A stretch of DNA of 64,000 nt from a virus (IMGVR_UViG_3300031998_000006:151311-215310), one strand, 5' to 3'. Numbered from the stretch's first letter, positions 36,508 to 46,146 are shown. Numbers and translations: made by a program. Notes: generated by a model not told the origin, from the letters alone.

Positions 36508-37443
36508 CTAGGTCTTGTCCGGGTTGTAGGCGTCAAGAACCTTCTGTGTTTCTGCACGAACATCCTTGTCCTTTTCCTTGGACATAGCTTCTTCCACATT
36601 TGCGATGAAGTCGAGATGCGGAACTTCAAATGCTTGCAGACCCTCCATATAAGTTTCAAGGGATTGACGGGATTCCCTCTTCGGGTCCGGATGAACCTTG
36701 CCGAACTTCTTGAGTGGAACTTCCTTGATGGAGAAGTCGGAAGTGTCTAGGATATAGACACGGGGCTTGTAGTCTGCCATATCCGATGCTTGAATGTTAA
36801 GGCATCCGCAAGTGACCACCTTCGCATTCTTGAACTCACGGATGTAACCGTGATGATAGTCGCCGGTCAAAATTAACGAAGCATTAGAACGCTTCAAGAG
36901 GTCTTCTGCAATGATACCAATGTCCGTCAGCGGAGTTCCGTTGCTAGAGTGAGGACGGGCGTCATTATCCGGGAATACGAGTTCGTGAACACACCAGATG
37001 TCGCAATCTGGAATCTTTTCCGGTACAGCCCCGAACGGATAGGCTTCAAGAAGGGTCTGTACATTCTCGTGGTTGACCAAATCAAACCACGAACTCGAAC
37101 GGAGTTCAGTCACGTTGTCCAACGAGAAGATTGTTCCGATTGTGGACTTGGACACATTTTCGTATTGATGCTGGAGTTCATCATGGTTTCCTACAAGCAC
37201 ACGGACCGGAGTCTTTCCGAAGCCCCTCAAGAGGTTCAATGCCTGCACGGTTGCTTCCGTAGATGTCCTTGCACGATGGAAGAGGTCGCCAAGAATCCAC
37301 ACTTCATCGCAATGCTCTTCTTCCACGATTGGATAAAGCTGTTCCACAGATTGCTTCTGTTCTTCAAGCCAATTATCGGGGTCAACTCGACAAATAGGTG
37401 CATCTCCACGAAGATGCCAGTCTGCTGTTAGTAAACAACGCAT
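36508..37443 (-). CDS. SbcD/Mre11/gp47-like metallophosphoesterase nuclease
   Basis: ADWH, GDLFH, GNHD, GDYH. Confidence 0.9.
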   Translation of the reverse strand: MRCLLTADWHLRGDAPICRVDPDNWLEEQKQSVEQLYPIVEEEHCDEVWILGDLFHRARTSTEATVQALNLLRGFGKTPVRVLVGNHDELQHQYENVSKSTIGTIFSLDNVTELRSSSWFDLVNHENVQTLLEAYPFGAVPEKIPDCDIWCVHELVFPDNDARPHSSNGTPLTDIGIIAEDLLKRSNASLILTGDYHHGYIREFKNAKVVTCGCLNIQASDMADYKPRVYILDTSDFSIKEVPLKKFGKVHPDPKRESRQSLETYMEGLQAFEVPHLDFIANVEEAMSKEKDKDVRAETQKVLDAYNPDKT

Positions 37444-37958
37444 TAACGTAGTTCCTTCTTGTAAAAGTCCTTTTCGGATTCCATCACTTCGATAGAAACG
37501 ATGCCACACGAACCACGCCTAACGGGGGTACTATCGGAGATGCCAAGTTCCTTCTTCTTCAAGCCCAGGAACTTAATGGCAAGTTCTTCATCCGTGAAAT
37601 ACCAAGATTTTTCACCGAACGGAGTAGCTGTGGGGCTATTATTGATAAATACCTTATATTCTGTCTTCATAATTTATCCTGCATTGAAACTTGCGTGAAC
37701 CACAACCGCCTGCTTATCCGTAGGCAATGTGTAAATTCCGATTTCTGTAATCTCTTCTACCTTGTGCGAAAGAAAGAAGTCCTTCCTATAACTTACGATG
37801 TCACCGCTATCACGGAGTTTTGAACCATCAGCGGTGAACTTATCGAAAACTCCATCGTTAATCAAGTCAACTAGCTTGGCACGGGATTCACAAGCGATTA
37901 CCGCTGAATCGTATGTGTCATATTCAAACTGGTTAGTTTCAACCAAAAACAGCTTCAT
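37443..37958 (-). CDS. Two small hypothetical ORFs (37443-37670, 37674-37958)
   Basis: ORF track. Confidence 0.6.
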
Positions 37959-37970
37959 AAAAAGTCCTAG

Positions 37971-38034
37971 AAAAGAAAAAGTGGCATCCCCTTATCTTTA
38001 AGACAACCACATCCGAGGAACAAGGGGATGCCAC
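37971..38034 (-). terminator. Intrinsic terminator or sRNA hairpin with 28-nt loop
   Basis: Perfect 13-bp stem GTGGCATCCCCTT/AAGGGGATGCCAC followed by a U-tract on the minus strand. Confidence 0.75.
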
Positions 38035-38138
38035 GAGAAAGTTCTAAAATTAAAGCAATAAAACTTATCTATCTGGCAAAATATTACATACTAATATAGT
38101 AATTTTGTCGTTCCAAAGATAGCAAATATATAATCCCA

Positions 38139-39434
38139 TTAAACAAAAACGTGATATATCCACTTTTGCTTATGATAGATTTTACTCAAGACTGCGTTTC
38201 CAACATAGTCGGATAGCAGGAAACGATATTTGAGTTTCGCTTCTTTAACTTTCTGGAATAGTTTCTTCCAAGTTTTCACTCCATCAAGTGTTTGCTTCCA
38301 TCGCTCATCTTGAGTTTCAACGCTGAACTTGGGGTAGAACCACCCCTTTTCAAATTTCTTGTATGCCCTGCGAGCTATTTCAATGCTTGCCGCAACCATA
38401 TCGGGAGTATTCTCATTGCCGTATGCAAAGTTACCCACAATAGAGGAATACGCCGGATTGACCTCAACCAACTCGTACTTGTGTATGTTGGCAAGCATTT
38501 TGATTTTATTTACGAATAATTTTCGCTTCCATTTATTATTACATAATATATTTATATTCTTACCTTTATGTTTATTTGCGGGTGCTATACTTAACTCCTC
38601 AATAGCGAGTTTAGAACATTTCCAGTAATCCAGCAACTTGTTAATCTTATGAGCTATCGCTATTGTTTCGTGTTTCAACTTATTCAAGTAATACTTAGAT
38701 TTTGAATCCGAAGAATATTTCCCATTAGGCTTTGTAAGGGCTGTAAGGTCATACACCTCTTTATGCAAGACCTGAAATTCATCATTCTTACCAAACTCGA
38801 TAACTGATACCCCGATGTAGTTGGGGTTCATATCTATGCCGAGAACACGATTAATTTTTAAGCCCTTGTAGGTTTCGTTATGAATTAAAGTTTCATCATA
38901 CGTTAAAAATATATGGGTATCAGTAATTTTTACAGTTATAGGTATTTTATTTTGATTTGCTAATTCCTGTACAATAGAAAGTTCGTGAGCCAGTTTCTTT
39001 TTTAAGGGGCAGAATTTAATCTCCTTATGCACACCACGAGAAGGCTTATATATAATAACTTGATTGCCTAAATCAAACTCAAATAACCTATTACCCGCAT
39101 ACTGACTTTCGCCGACGCTACATAACGGATGCATTCTATGTTGCTTAAACTGTTCTTTAGTAATATAGCCCTTTAAATATCGCTTTAAATTATATTTACC
39201 ACCGAACAATATAGGCTTTCCGCTACTAGACAAAAATAACCCTTGAGCTTCCTTTGTTGCCGAGGAAGCTAACCAACAATTTACACCAAAAATTTCCTTA
39301 ATCTTATGCCAGGTATCATTCCCAGAACATCCTTCTTGCAACCGTTTATAAGCCATACGAAACATACTACTATACACACGAATATCATCGTGTATATCAG
39401 GGCTATTTACTATGGCTAATTTTAAAGTCTTCAT
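38139..39434 (-). CDS. TnpB-related RuvC nuclease, paralog 3 (431 aa)
   Basis: Same motifs as paralogs 1 and 2. Confidence 0.85.
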   Translation of the reverse strand: MKTLKLAIVNSPDIHDDIRVYSSMFRMAYKRLQEGCSGNDTWHKIKEIFGVNCWLASSATKEAQGLFLSSSGKPILFGGKYNLKRYLKGYITKEQFKQHRMHPLCSVGESQYAGNRLFEFDLGNQVIIYKPSRGVHKEIKFCPLKKKLAHELSIVQELANQNKIPITVKITDTHIFLTYDETLIHNETYKGLKINRVLGIDMNPNYIGVSVIEFGKNDEFQVLHKEVYDLTALTKPNGKYSSDSKSKYYLNKLKHETIAIAHKINKLLDYWKCSKLAIEELSIAPANKHKGKNINILCNNKWKRKLFVNKIKMLANIHKYELVEVNPAYSSIVGNFAYGNENTPDMVAASIEIARRAYKKFEKGWFYPKFSVETQDERWKQTLDGVKTWKKLFQKVKEAKLKYRFLLSDYVGNAVLSKIYHKQKWIYHVFV

Positions 39435-39440
39435 ATTGCA

Positions 39441-39546
39441 AATATACATTATGGTAGCATAATTGTCAAGACCATCTAACAATTTTTTTTTTAATAGCGT
39501 AAAATTAACAATGTCTGTTGACAATTTCTAGGTAATCAGTTATATT
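39441..39546. promoter_or_regulatory. Divergent promoter pair at the strand switch
   Basis: TTGACA-17-TATATT on minus (39469-39441) and on plus (39518-39546). Confidence 0.7.
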
Positions 39547-39762
39547 ATGGTTATGACAAAGCAGCCACATACCGACGACATCACGGGCATCATCGCCATG
39601 CTTCCCGAAGACAAGCGGAAGCTCTTCCTAAACACTCTCTACTCTATAGCCCGAACAGCTATTGATGCCCGATGCGGAGAACTGCAAATTATGGATATTG
39701 AAATCCTGCAATCCCTAGAAGCCGAAAGTAACGCTATATTTGAAGAGTGGATTTTTAAATAG
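39547..39762 (+). CDS. Hypothetical protein
   Basis: ORF directly after the promoter. Confidence 0.6.
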   Translation: MVMTKQPHTDDITGIIAMLPEDKRKLFLNTLYSIARTAIDARCGELQIMDIEILQSLEAESNAIFEEWIFK

Positions 39763-39808
39763 AACGAAAATTAGTTAAATTAAGTAGTATAAGACCAAAG
39801 AGGATATT

Positions 39809-40075
39809 ATGCCGAAATTAAAAATTAAAATTCACGAAAAATCCACGGATTTACTTGAAACCACCAAACAATTCCAGGACGCATTGGAATATGCCTACCA
39901 TAACTTTAATGGTAAAGTGTTCCTTGATGAAATGCGGAGTATCGCAAATAAGGAAAGAACTTATAGCGACACCGCTTCATGGGAACAAAAAAGTGTTACA
40001 CCCGTAATTGACCGCCTTAAAGAAGCAATGTCTGCCTTTGCTACTACCTTGCATCATAGTATAGATGCCCTATAA
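39809..40075 (+). CDS. Putative internal head protein
   Basis: N-terminus MPKLKIKIHE. Confidence 0.6.
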   Translation: MPKLKIKIHEKSTDLLETTKQFQDALEYAYHNFNGKVFLDEMRSIANKERTYSDTASWEQKSVTPVIDRLKEAMSAFATTLHHSIDAL

Positions 40076-40089
40076 GGAGAAATTAAGAT

Positions 40090-40386
40090 ATGTCAAGACT
40101 CAAAATCAAGGTACACGAAGCCTTTGGTGGTCCTAGCACACCAAAAGAACTTAAAGACGAATTGGAAAAAGTTGTTTCCGATTTCAGCAAATTTATCGGA
40201 GAACACAAGGGATATGACCGCTATGAGGGCAAGATTGCTTACTATATAGCAGACTTGGGGTTCGGTAGTACCGAAGAGGACAAGAATGAAGCACTTGATG
40301 TAATTGACTTGCTTCGTAATGAACTGTTACAGCTCCGTGGGATGATTGAGGACACCCCTATTCCCGAAAGCACCACGGAAGACTAA
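40090..40386 (+). CDS. Putative internal head protein
   Basis: N-terminus MSRLKIKVHE. Confidence 0.6.
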   Translation: MSRLKIKVHEAFGGPSTPKELKDELEKVVSDFSKFIGEHKGYDRYEGKIAYYIADLGFGSTEEDKNEALDVIDLLRNELLQLRGMIEDTPIPESTTED

Positions 40387-40401
40387 AGGACACTTTCACC
40401 C

Positions 40402-41001
40402 GTGCAGACGCTCTATATCCCCAAATACGATATTCACTATAGAGTAAACCCAAAAAACTCCTGTGAATTGCAGTGGTCAAAAAAACCATTCGGCCCTCTT
40501 ACCGCTTGGCAACACGCCTATACATTCAATAATCCAATTAGAGCTTTAGACACGGACGATAAGACCGGTCAAGGCGTAGTTGTATTGAATGACAGCACCA
40601 CCTATGTAGGCTCTGGTGTTCGTGTATGGGGCAGAAAGTTCTATACGGCTGGTTCTCGCATTTATAGCCTATATGCTATTGGAGAATCAAAGGATAACAA
40701 TATGTCAAAACTTACTATCCATACACAAAAGAATGAACGATTGTCCGATTTCTCGATGGAAGACATCGTGGACGAAGTAGTTAAAGACACAAAAGCTTAC
40801 TTCGACCGCCACGAATCCGATAGCACGGAGGACACGGTGGATGTAGGCTACGCCCTTGGAAAAATCCTTGAAAAGTGGATGCCCAATATGCTGACGAACA
40901 TTGCGGAAGACGCTATGAATAAGCTGGGCTACTTCAAGGACGATTACGACAAGTTCGCAGACTCCATTGAAACAGCCGTGGGCTACAGCCACAAGGACTA
41001 G
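40402..41001 (+). CDS. Hypothetical protein with possible internal start at 40702 (MSKLTIHTQKNE)
   Basis: AGGA RBS before 40702. Confidence 0.6.
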   Translation: MQTLYIPKYDIHYRVNPKNSCELQWSKKPFGPLTAWQHAYTFNNPIRALDTDDKTGQGVVVLNDSTTYVGSGVRVWGRKFYTAGSRIYSLYAIGESKDNNMSKLTIHTQKNERLSDFSMEDIVDEVVKDTKAYFDRHESDSTEDTVDVGYALGKILEKWMPNMLTNIAEDAMNKLGYFKDDYDKFADSIETAVGYSHKD

Positions 41002-41274
41002 CACCACGGCTTCCGTTGAACCCTTAACCCGAAGAGCCATAACCCTTGAATATCGACGATTACCCGAAGCCCATTGTCATCGACGGACTAGCCCCGTTGC
41101 ACAAGAAAAGACACACGGCAGGAACGAAGGAGCGATGCGTCTTCTGTGGAACAAAGACCTACCGCTACATCGGAGGAAAGCCCGTGTGTAGCTACTGCTC
41201 CGGAACGAAACAGGCACACAAACTAGGACCCAACTGGAAAGGCAAAATCGTAAGAACCGAAAAGGAGCAAATGT

Positions 41275-41580
41275 ATGCTGAAAATTAAAGTACACGAACG
41301 AGTTGATGAAACGAACTTGAGCGGATTCAAGCAGATGTTCCAGAAGTTCATGGGAGGTGCGGACAACTGCTCTTACACAAACGGAAACTGGAAAATTGCC
41401 ACGGGTGCCTATGACTTGTGGTTTGAAATCTACTTGAACGGAACTCCGATTATCGGTTGTGTTGACGGAAAGTGCAAGTGGTACAAGAACCCAATGGAAG
41501 TGGGCTTGTCCAAGGAAGACGGCCCGAAGATTGAAGCCATCATCACGAGCGAATACCCCGAAATCTCCTTTACGGAGTAA
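41275..41580 (+). CDS. Putative internal head protein
   Basis: N-terminus MLKIKVHE. Confidence 0.6.
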   Translation: MLKIKVHERVDETNLSGFKQMFQKFMGGADNCSYTNGNWKIATGAYDLWFEIYLNGTPIIGCVDGKCKWYKNPMEVGLSKEDGPKIEAIITSEYPEISFTE

Positions 41581-41583
41581 GAT

Positions 41584-42168
41584 ATGCCCAAGAATCTCGA
41601 CGACATAGAATTTCTCAAGGACCGGCACTCCCTCAATGTGATTACTCGCATTGCGGACACCCATACCTATGTTGCATTGAAGCACAGCATCTCCATCATC
41701 GGGTACAACACAGAAGTCTATCTGCCGGTCATCTCCGAAGGTACTAAAGACTTTCCCATCCACGATAGGGGGGATTTCTCCATCTATAGCGGTATGCCGA
41801 TGGAGGGTGCATACAACGAAGAAGACCGCACTGGTTCTGTTTACAACGACAAGGACCACGAATATCGCTACAACGAAACACCGGACTTTATGGCTAGAAT
41901 CGCATTCCTCGACCCGCAGAATCAGCCGGTCATCCGTGGCAAGGAAATGTTCCTCAACGAAGAGAACACCGCCTACACCTTGAAGAACACTGGGGGTCAT
42001 CGTGACTATTGCCCCGGAGATATAGTGTTGCATTCCAAGCTGCTGATTCACTACGGAGATGAAGACTTGAGTTACTTCGTGCGAAATATCCAAGTCTTGC
42101 GAAATCCGAATGCCAAGAAGGAAAGCGAAGAAGCCCTCATTTACCTCGACCTTGTATTGCACTTGTAG
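41584..42168 (+). CDS. Hypothetical protein, possibly head completion
   Basis: 194 aa ORF. Confidence 0.6.
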   Translation: MPKNLDDIEFLKDRHSLNVITRIADTHTYVALKHSISIIGYNTEVYLPVISEGTKDFPIHDRGDFSIYSGMPMEGAYNEEDRTGSVYNDKDHEYRYNETPDFMARIAFLDPQNQPVIRGKEMFLNEENTAYTLKNTGGHRDYCPGDIVLHSKLLIHYGDEDLSYFVRNIQVLRNPNAKKESEEALIYLDLVLHL

Positions 42169-42212
42169 AGGGGATTTGTTATTTTTCAAGACGAATAATT
42201 AAGGAGTTTTTT

Positions 42213-43526
42213 ATGAAAAACAATGAAGGTCTTACCAAACTCAATCGACCCGATAAAGAATACACCAAGCAAAAGCCGGGTTATCCAAAACCGGTTGACT
42301 ACGGCTACGAAAATGACATTACTCGCCAAATTTGGCAGTATGTCCGCAATCATAAAGAACTCGGAATTGATAGTGGCTGGGACACCGGTTCGGGTCTTGT
42401 GATAATGAATGCAGATACGGATGACCACACTAAATATGCCCGTATCGAGTACAACCACGATACAGACAGCATTGATGTTACTACACTAACAGACAGAACT
42501 ACAAAATCGTTCCCGTTCGAAGATGCCACCATAGAAGAAATCCTTCTTACCGTTATCGACTCCATCGAAAACAAAACTACAAAGAAGGAATCTTACTACT
42601 CCCAGGGAAACCACGACGGACGATGGTTCCGTCCGGCAAAGGCACAGGAATCCTTCCCTAGCCAAGCCGCCTACCTTTCCTACAAGAAGGGCTACAACGA
42701 TGGAAGCCTTGGCATCTACGAAGCCACGAACGACCCAAAGTTTGACGCGGAAATCAAGGATTTGAAGTCCAAGAAGGATATGCCCGAACTCGTGAGTTCG
42801 CTGAACAACCTTACCACGGAACAGCTTGTCCTTCTTGAAAAGGGCTTTGGCGATGGCGAACTCGCTACGGATATGGACACGGAAGAAATGGACATCAAGG
42901 CGAAGGACTTGCATCCCACCCAGAACGAAATCGACGTGGGAAAATCCCTCTCCTACCAAATCAGCGGAAAGAACCCAGACCAGATTAAGCAGATTCTTGA
43001 TGGCGGTCCGGTCACTGTGAACCTTCCGCTCGTTGTATATGACTACAGGGGTACTTACTACATCGTGGACGGACACCACAGATGGTCGCAAGTTTTTATG
43101 CTGAACCCGAACTGCACTATCAAGAGCATCGTGTTCAAGAACTCCGCTGGCGATACGGAACAAGACCCAGCAGATATGCTACGTGATTTTCAGGGTGCGA
43201 TTGCCGTTGCCAACGATGGTGATGTTCCGTCTAGTAAGGTGCAGGGCGGTATGAACATATTCGACTGGTCTTCCGACCAACTCCGCAAGTACCTTGACGA
43301 TGAAAGCACCGGCATTCAGGACGGTATGATTAGTGCATATCGTGATTTCTATAACTCCGAAATCGACAAGAGCGATATTGAGAATGCCATCATCGGCAAT
43401 GCCGGTCTTATGCTCAAGTCCAACAAGCCCATCAAGAATGCCCCTAGCCGTAGCGTGATGCCCCAAACCGACACTGGCAACAATGCCGGTTTGAAGACCG
43501 CAATGGCTGGTATGACGGACATTTAA
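42213..43526 (+). CDS. Multidomain protein with ParB/Sulfiredoxin-like domain
   Basis: LHPTQNEI, YIVDGHHRW. Confidence 0.75.
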   Translation: MKNNEGLTKLNRPDKEYTKQKPGYPKPVDYGYENDITRQIWQYVRNHKELGIDSGWDTGSGLVIMNADTDDHTKYARIEYNHDTDSIDVTTLTDRTTKSFPFEDATIEEILLTVIDSIENKTTKKESYYSQGNHDGRWFRPAKAQESFPSQAAYLSYKKGYNDGSLGIYEATNDPKFDAEIKDLKSKKDMPELVSSLNNLTTEQLVLLEKGFGDGELATDMDTEEMDIKAKDLHPTQNEIDVGKSLSYQISGKNPDQIKQILDGGPVTVNLPLVVYDYRGTYYIVDGHHRWSQVFMLNPNCTIKSIVFKNSAGDTEQDPADMLRDFQGAIAVANDGDVPSSKVQGGMNIFDWSSDQLRKYLDDESTGIQDGMISAYRDFYNSEIDKSDIENAIIGNAGLMLKSNKPIKNAPSRSVMPQTDTGNNAGLKTAMAGMTDI

Positions 43527-43930
43527 TGGAGAGTAAAACTCTTCGCCTTTGGTAGTAGGCTTACAACTACCCTACCGATAGATAGTCGGGAAGTTAAGTC
43601 TGTACAAGTATTTGTCGCACAAATACTTGTGGCGAACTAGGATGATGAGTCCTTATCGTCTGACACACGAGGTTACAGAATAAGCAATTATTCAGTGCGT
43701 GTGGTTGATGCAGAAAGCGATAACTATTAGTTTCATAGAAACTGGTAGAAATCGTGTATCGGAAGAGTATTTCAAGAACCAGTATTAGTAGGGTTTTGTC
43801 AACGCGGTGCAATACCATACTAATACTGGTTCTTGGAAAACAACCTAATAAACACGGGTAACTTGAGCAACCTTGAGTTCGCCCGATTGATGATTTACCT
43901 GTACTACAACCGCTGCGACCAGACCTAACG
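43527..43930 (+). ncRNA. Candidate large structured non-coding RNA
   Basis: About 400 nt intergenic region with roughly nine hairpins, including perfect 12-bp and 18-bp stems. Confidence 0.55.
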
Positions 43931-43935
43931 GAGAA

Positions 43936-46089
43936 ATGGATATGCCACACAAAGCCTTTCTACACAAGAAGTCTTTGCTCGACCAGTTTAGGGATGACCA
44001 CAAGCATACTGGGGTCATCCAGTCTATGCGTGCTGAACACACTTGGAACAATCCGCTGACCCGAAGGAAGAGAACCAAGAAGCTCAACGGATGGATTAAG
44101 TCCTTTGCCGGTAAAGACCATATCCGCAAGCTCTCCCGATTCAATGCGGTGCAAGCCCACAGACACGAGAGCGTTGGTGCTGACGGGGTTAAAGTCAAGC
44201 AGTATGTTGACATCTTCGAGTTGCCGGATGGCAAAATCATCAAGGCATTGAACAAGTGCATCCGCTGCCCCCGAAAGTTTGCGGCAACGCAATACATCAC
44301 GGGATGGGTGGAGAACTACCCCGAAGAGAACCTTCCGGGAAAGTACACGGTGGTCTATAAAAACGCCAAGGGCATTGAAGACAATTTCTTTACGGATGAC
44401 ATCCAGGACTTGCCGAACTACCAGATTAGCGGTCCGGTTCCGTCCGAAAAATCAGTTGTAGGAGAATCCACTATGAAGACAAGCGAGAAGGAATACAAGC
44501 ACGTTTCCCCGTATATGATTGACACGGCTTTGCCTATTCTCAAGAACGAATACGGATGGAAGCTGGCTACGGAAGACGACGTGGCAGAGTTCATCGAGGA
44601 CTACTGGGATGCATTCGTCAAGGCTTACAACCGCTCCGAAAAGGGTGGCGACGGTCCTATCCGTGATGGCATTGAAGCGGCATTCAGCGCCGAAGATGCG
44701 AAGGTCACTAGGGCTGAATACGGAAGCGAATTTGAATCCAAGAAGAACGAAGTTCATGTATTGCCGAACCCCACAATAATTTATAAAGGCCCAATCGAAG
44801 ACGCTAAAAAGGCTTGCCACTATGTTAGCAAGATTCTTGCTGATAAAGGGCTAGGATGGGGCAGAGTATCTTGGCAAGCACCCAAGGATGGGGAGTTCCA
44901 CTATGGACACCCGGAAAAGGATGTGTACACCGTTACTCTCCGTGGCTCTAATGACTTAATCAAAGATTCCTTTGCAGTTTATAAAGATGTTTTTGGAAAC
45001 GACTTCTGGAATAATTGCGATGCATCCCCAGATGGATGGGTAAATCCCCAAGATATAGCAATTCGTGATGTTGCTACGGAATCCAAGAATGCAGATGAAA
45101 AACTTGGCTACGAAAAGGGTCACAAGAACTCCAAGGGCGAGGATGCCCCGTGGGTCATACGTTCCCACGAGGACAACCGCATCCTTGCATCGTTCGCAAC
45201 CGAAGACGAAGCCAAGAAGCACTTGCAGAGGATGAAACAGTATTCCAAGGGCGAATCCAAGAAGTCCGAAGGATTGAGCAACGAAAAGGTCAAGGATGCC
45301 GTCAAGTTCGCGGCAACAGAAGCCGGTCTTGAAGACTACCTAAAGGTTGATTCCGATGGTGCTATGTCCGTGACCGTTTCCCTCCCCATCAACTCGGAAA
45401 AGTTGATGTGGAGGGAAACGGTCCGCTGGGTCATAGACAGCAACGAAGGTACGATTGAAGAATACCTCGACACGGAAAAGAACCTAGTAAGGGATTTCAC
45501 GGACGACCAATCGCTCGTGTCCATGCTGACCCTCCTTTTCCAGACCGCCCGTATGTCCTTGCGCCAATGGCTTCCGAAGAAATCCGAAGCACTCTTCAAC
45601 AAGGAAGAACTTGAAGAACCCGTAAACAGCTACATCTCCGATGTGTTCGCAGACCTCGTGGTTTCCTTCCACTGGGGCGAGGACGGTGCCAAGAAGTTCC
45701 TCGACAAGTACAACGATGTCATCCTCGCCAACTACGCCGAAGGGGAGATGTCCGCATACGAAACCGCAAGATACATCGACCGCAAGGAAAACCCCTATCC
45801 TCTTGAATCCAAGAAGAAACAGGAGTCCAAGAAGAACGAAGGTCATCTCGACTTCGTGGACACCATCGTTGTTCCGAAGTGGCTCTGGGATGCTTTCTAC
45901 TTTGCGGACGAATATGGCGAAACCTTGAACGATGAAGAGGAAGAAATCCTTGCTGATTTCAAGGCGAAGTATGCCGATGCCAAGTACCACCTCGAAACCC
46001 CAGAAGAGGAAGCCGATTTCCGTAGCCATAACGATTTCGACAACTATGGCGGTCCGTGCTACGAAATCAATGTGTACGAATGGAAATAA
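43936..46089 (+). CDS. Multidomain putative internal head polyprotein
   Basis: Repeated ESKKxE linkers between unrelated domains. Confidence 0.65.
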   Translation: MDMPHKAFLHKKSLLDQFRDDHKHTGVIQSMRAEHTWNNPLTRRKRTKKLNGWIKSFAGKDHIRKLSRFNAVQAHRHESVGADGVKVKQYVDIFELPDGKIIKALNKCIRCPRKFAATQYITGWVENYPEENLPGKYTVVYKNAKGIEDNFFTDDIQDLPNYQISGPVPSEKSVVGESTMKTSEKEYKHVSPYMIDTALPILKNEYGWKLATEDDVAEFIEDYWDAFVKAYNRSEKGGDGPIRDGIEAAFSAEDAKVTRAEYGSEFESKKNEVHVLPNPTIIYKGPIEDAKKACHYVSKILADKGLGWGRVSWQAPKDGEFHYGHPEKDVYTVTLRGSNDLIKDSFAVYKDVFGNDFWNNCDASPDGWVNPQDIAIRDVATESKNADEKLGYEKGHKNSKGEDAPWVIRSHEDNRILASFATEDEAKKHLQRMKQYSKGESKKSEGLSNEKVKDAVKFAATEAGLEDYLKVDSDGAMSVTVSLPINSEKLMWRETVRWVIDSNEGTIEEYLDTEKNLVRDFTDDQSLVSMLTLLFQTARMSLRQWLPKKSEALFNKEELEEPVNSYISDVFADLVVSFHWGEDGAKKFLDKYNDVILANYAEGEMSAYETARYIDRKENPYPLESKKKQESKKNEGHLDFVDTIVVPKWLWDAFYFADEYGETLNDEEEEILADFKAKYADAKYHLETPEEEADFRSHNDFDNYGGPCYEINVYEWK

Positions 46090-46111
46090 CCTAGCAACTC
46101 CATTGCATAGT

Positions 46112-46146
46112 AGGCTCCCGTCCGAATGGGCGGGGGCTTTCTTTGT
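46112..46146 (+). terminator. Intrinsic terminator
   Basis: GGCTCCCGTCC-GAAT-GGGCGGGGGC followed by TTTCTTT. Confidence 0.7.

Noticed and set aside
41077-42189. 370-aa minus-strand ORF and similar long antisense ORFs (e.g. 19149-20027, 53456-54283)
   Set aside because: Shadows of well-supported genes on the opposite strand; no RBS or motifs.
43594-43950. 118-aa minus-strand ORF over the structured region
   Set aside because: Opposite to the local gene direction with atypical composition; the stems are better explained as RNA structure.
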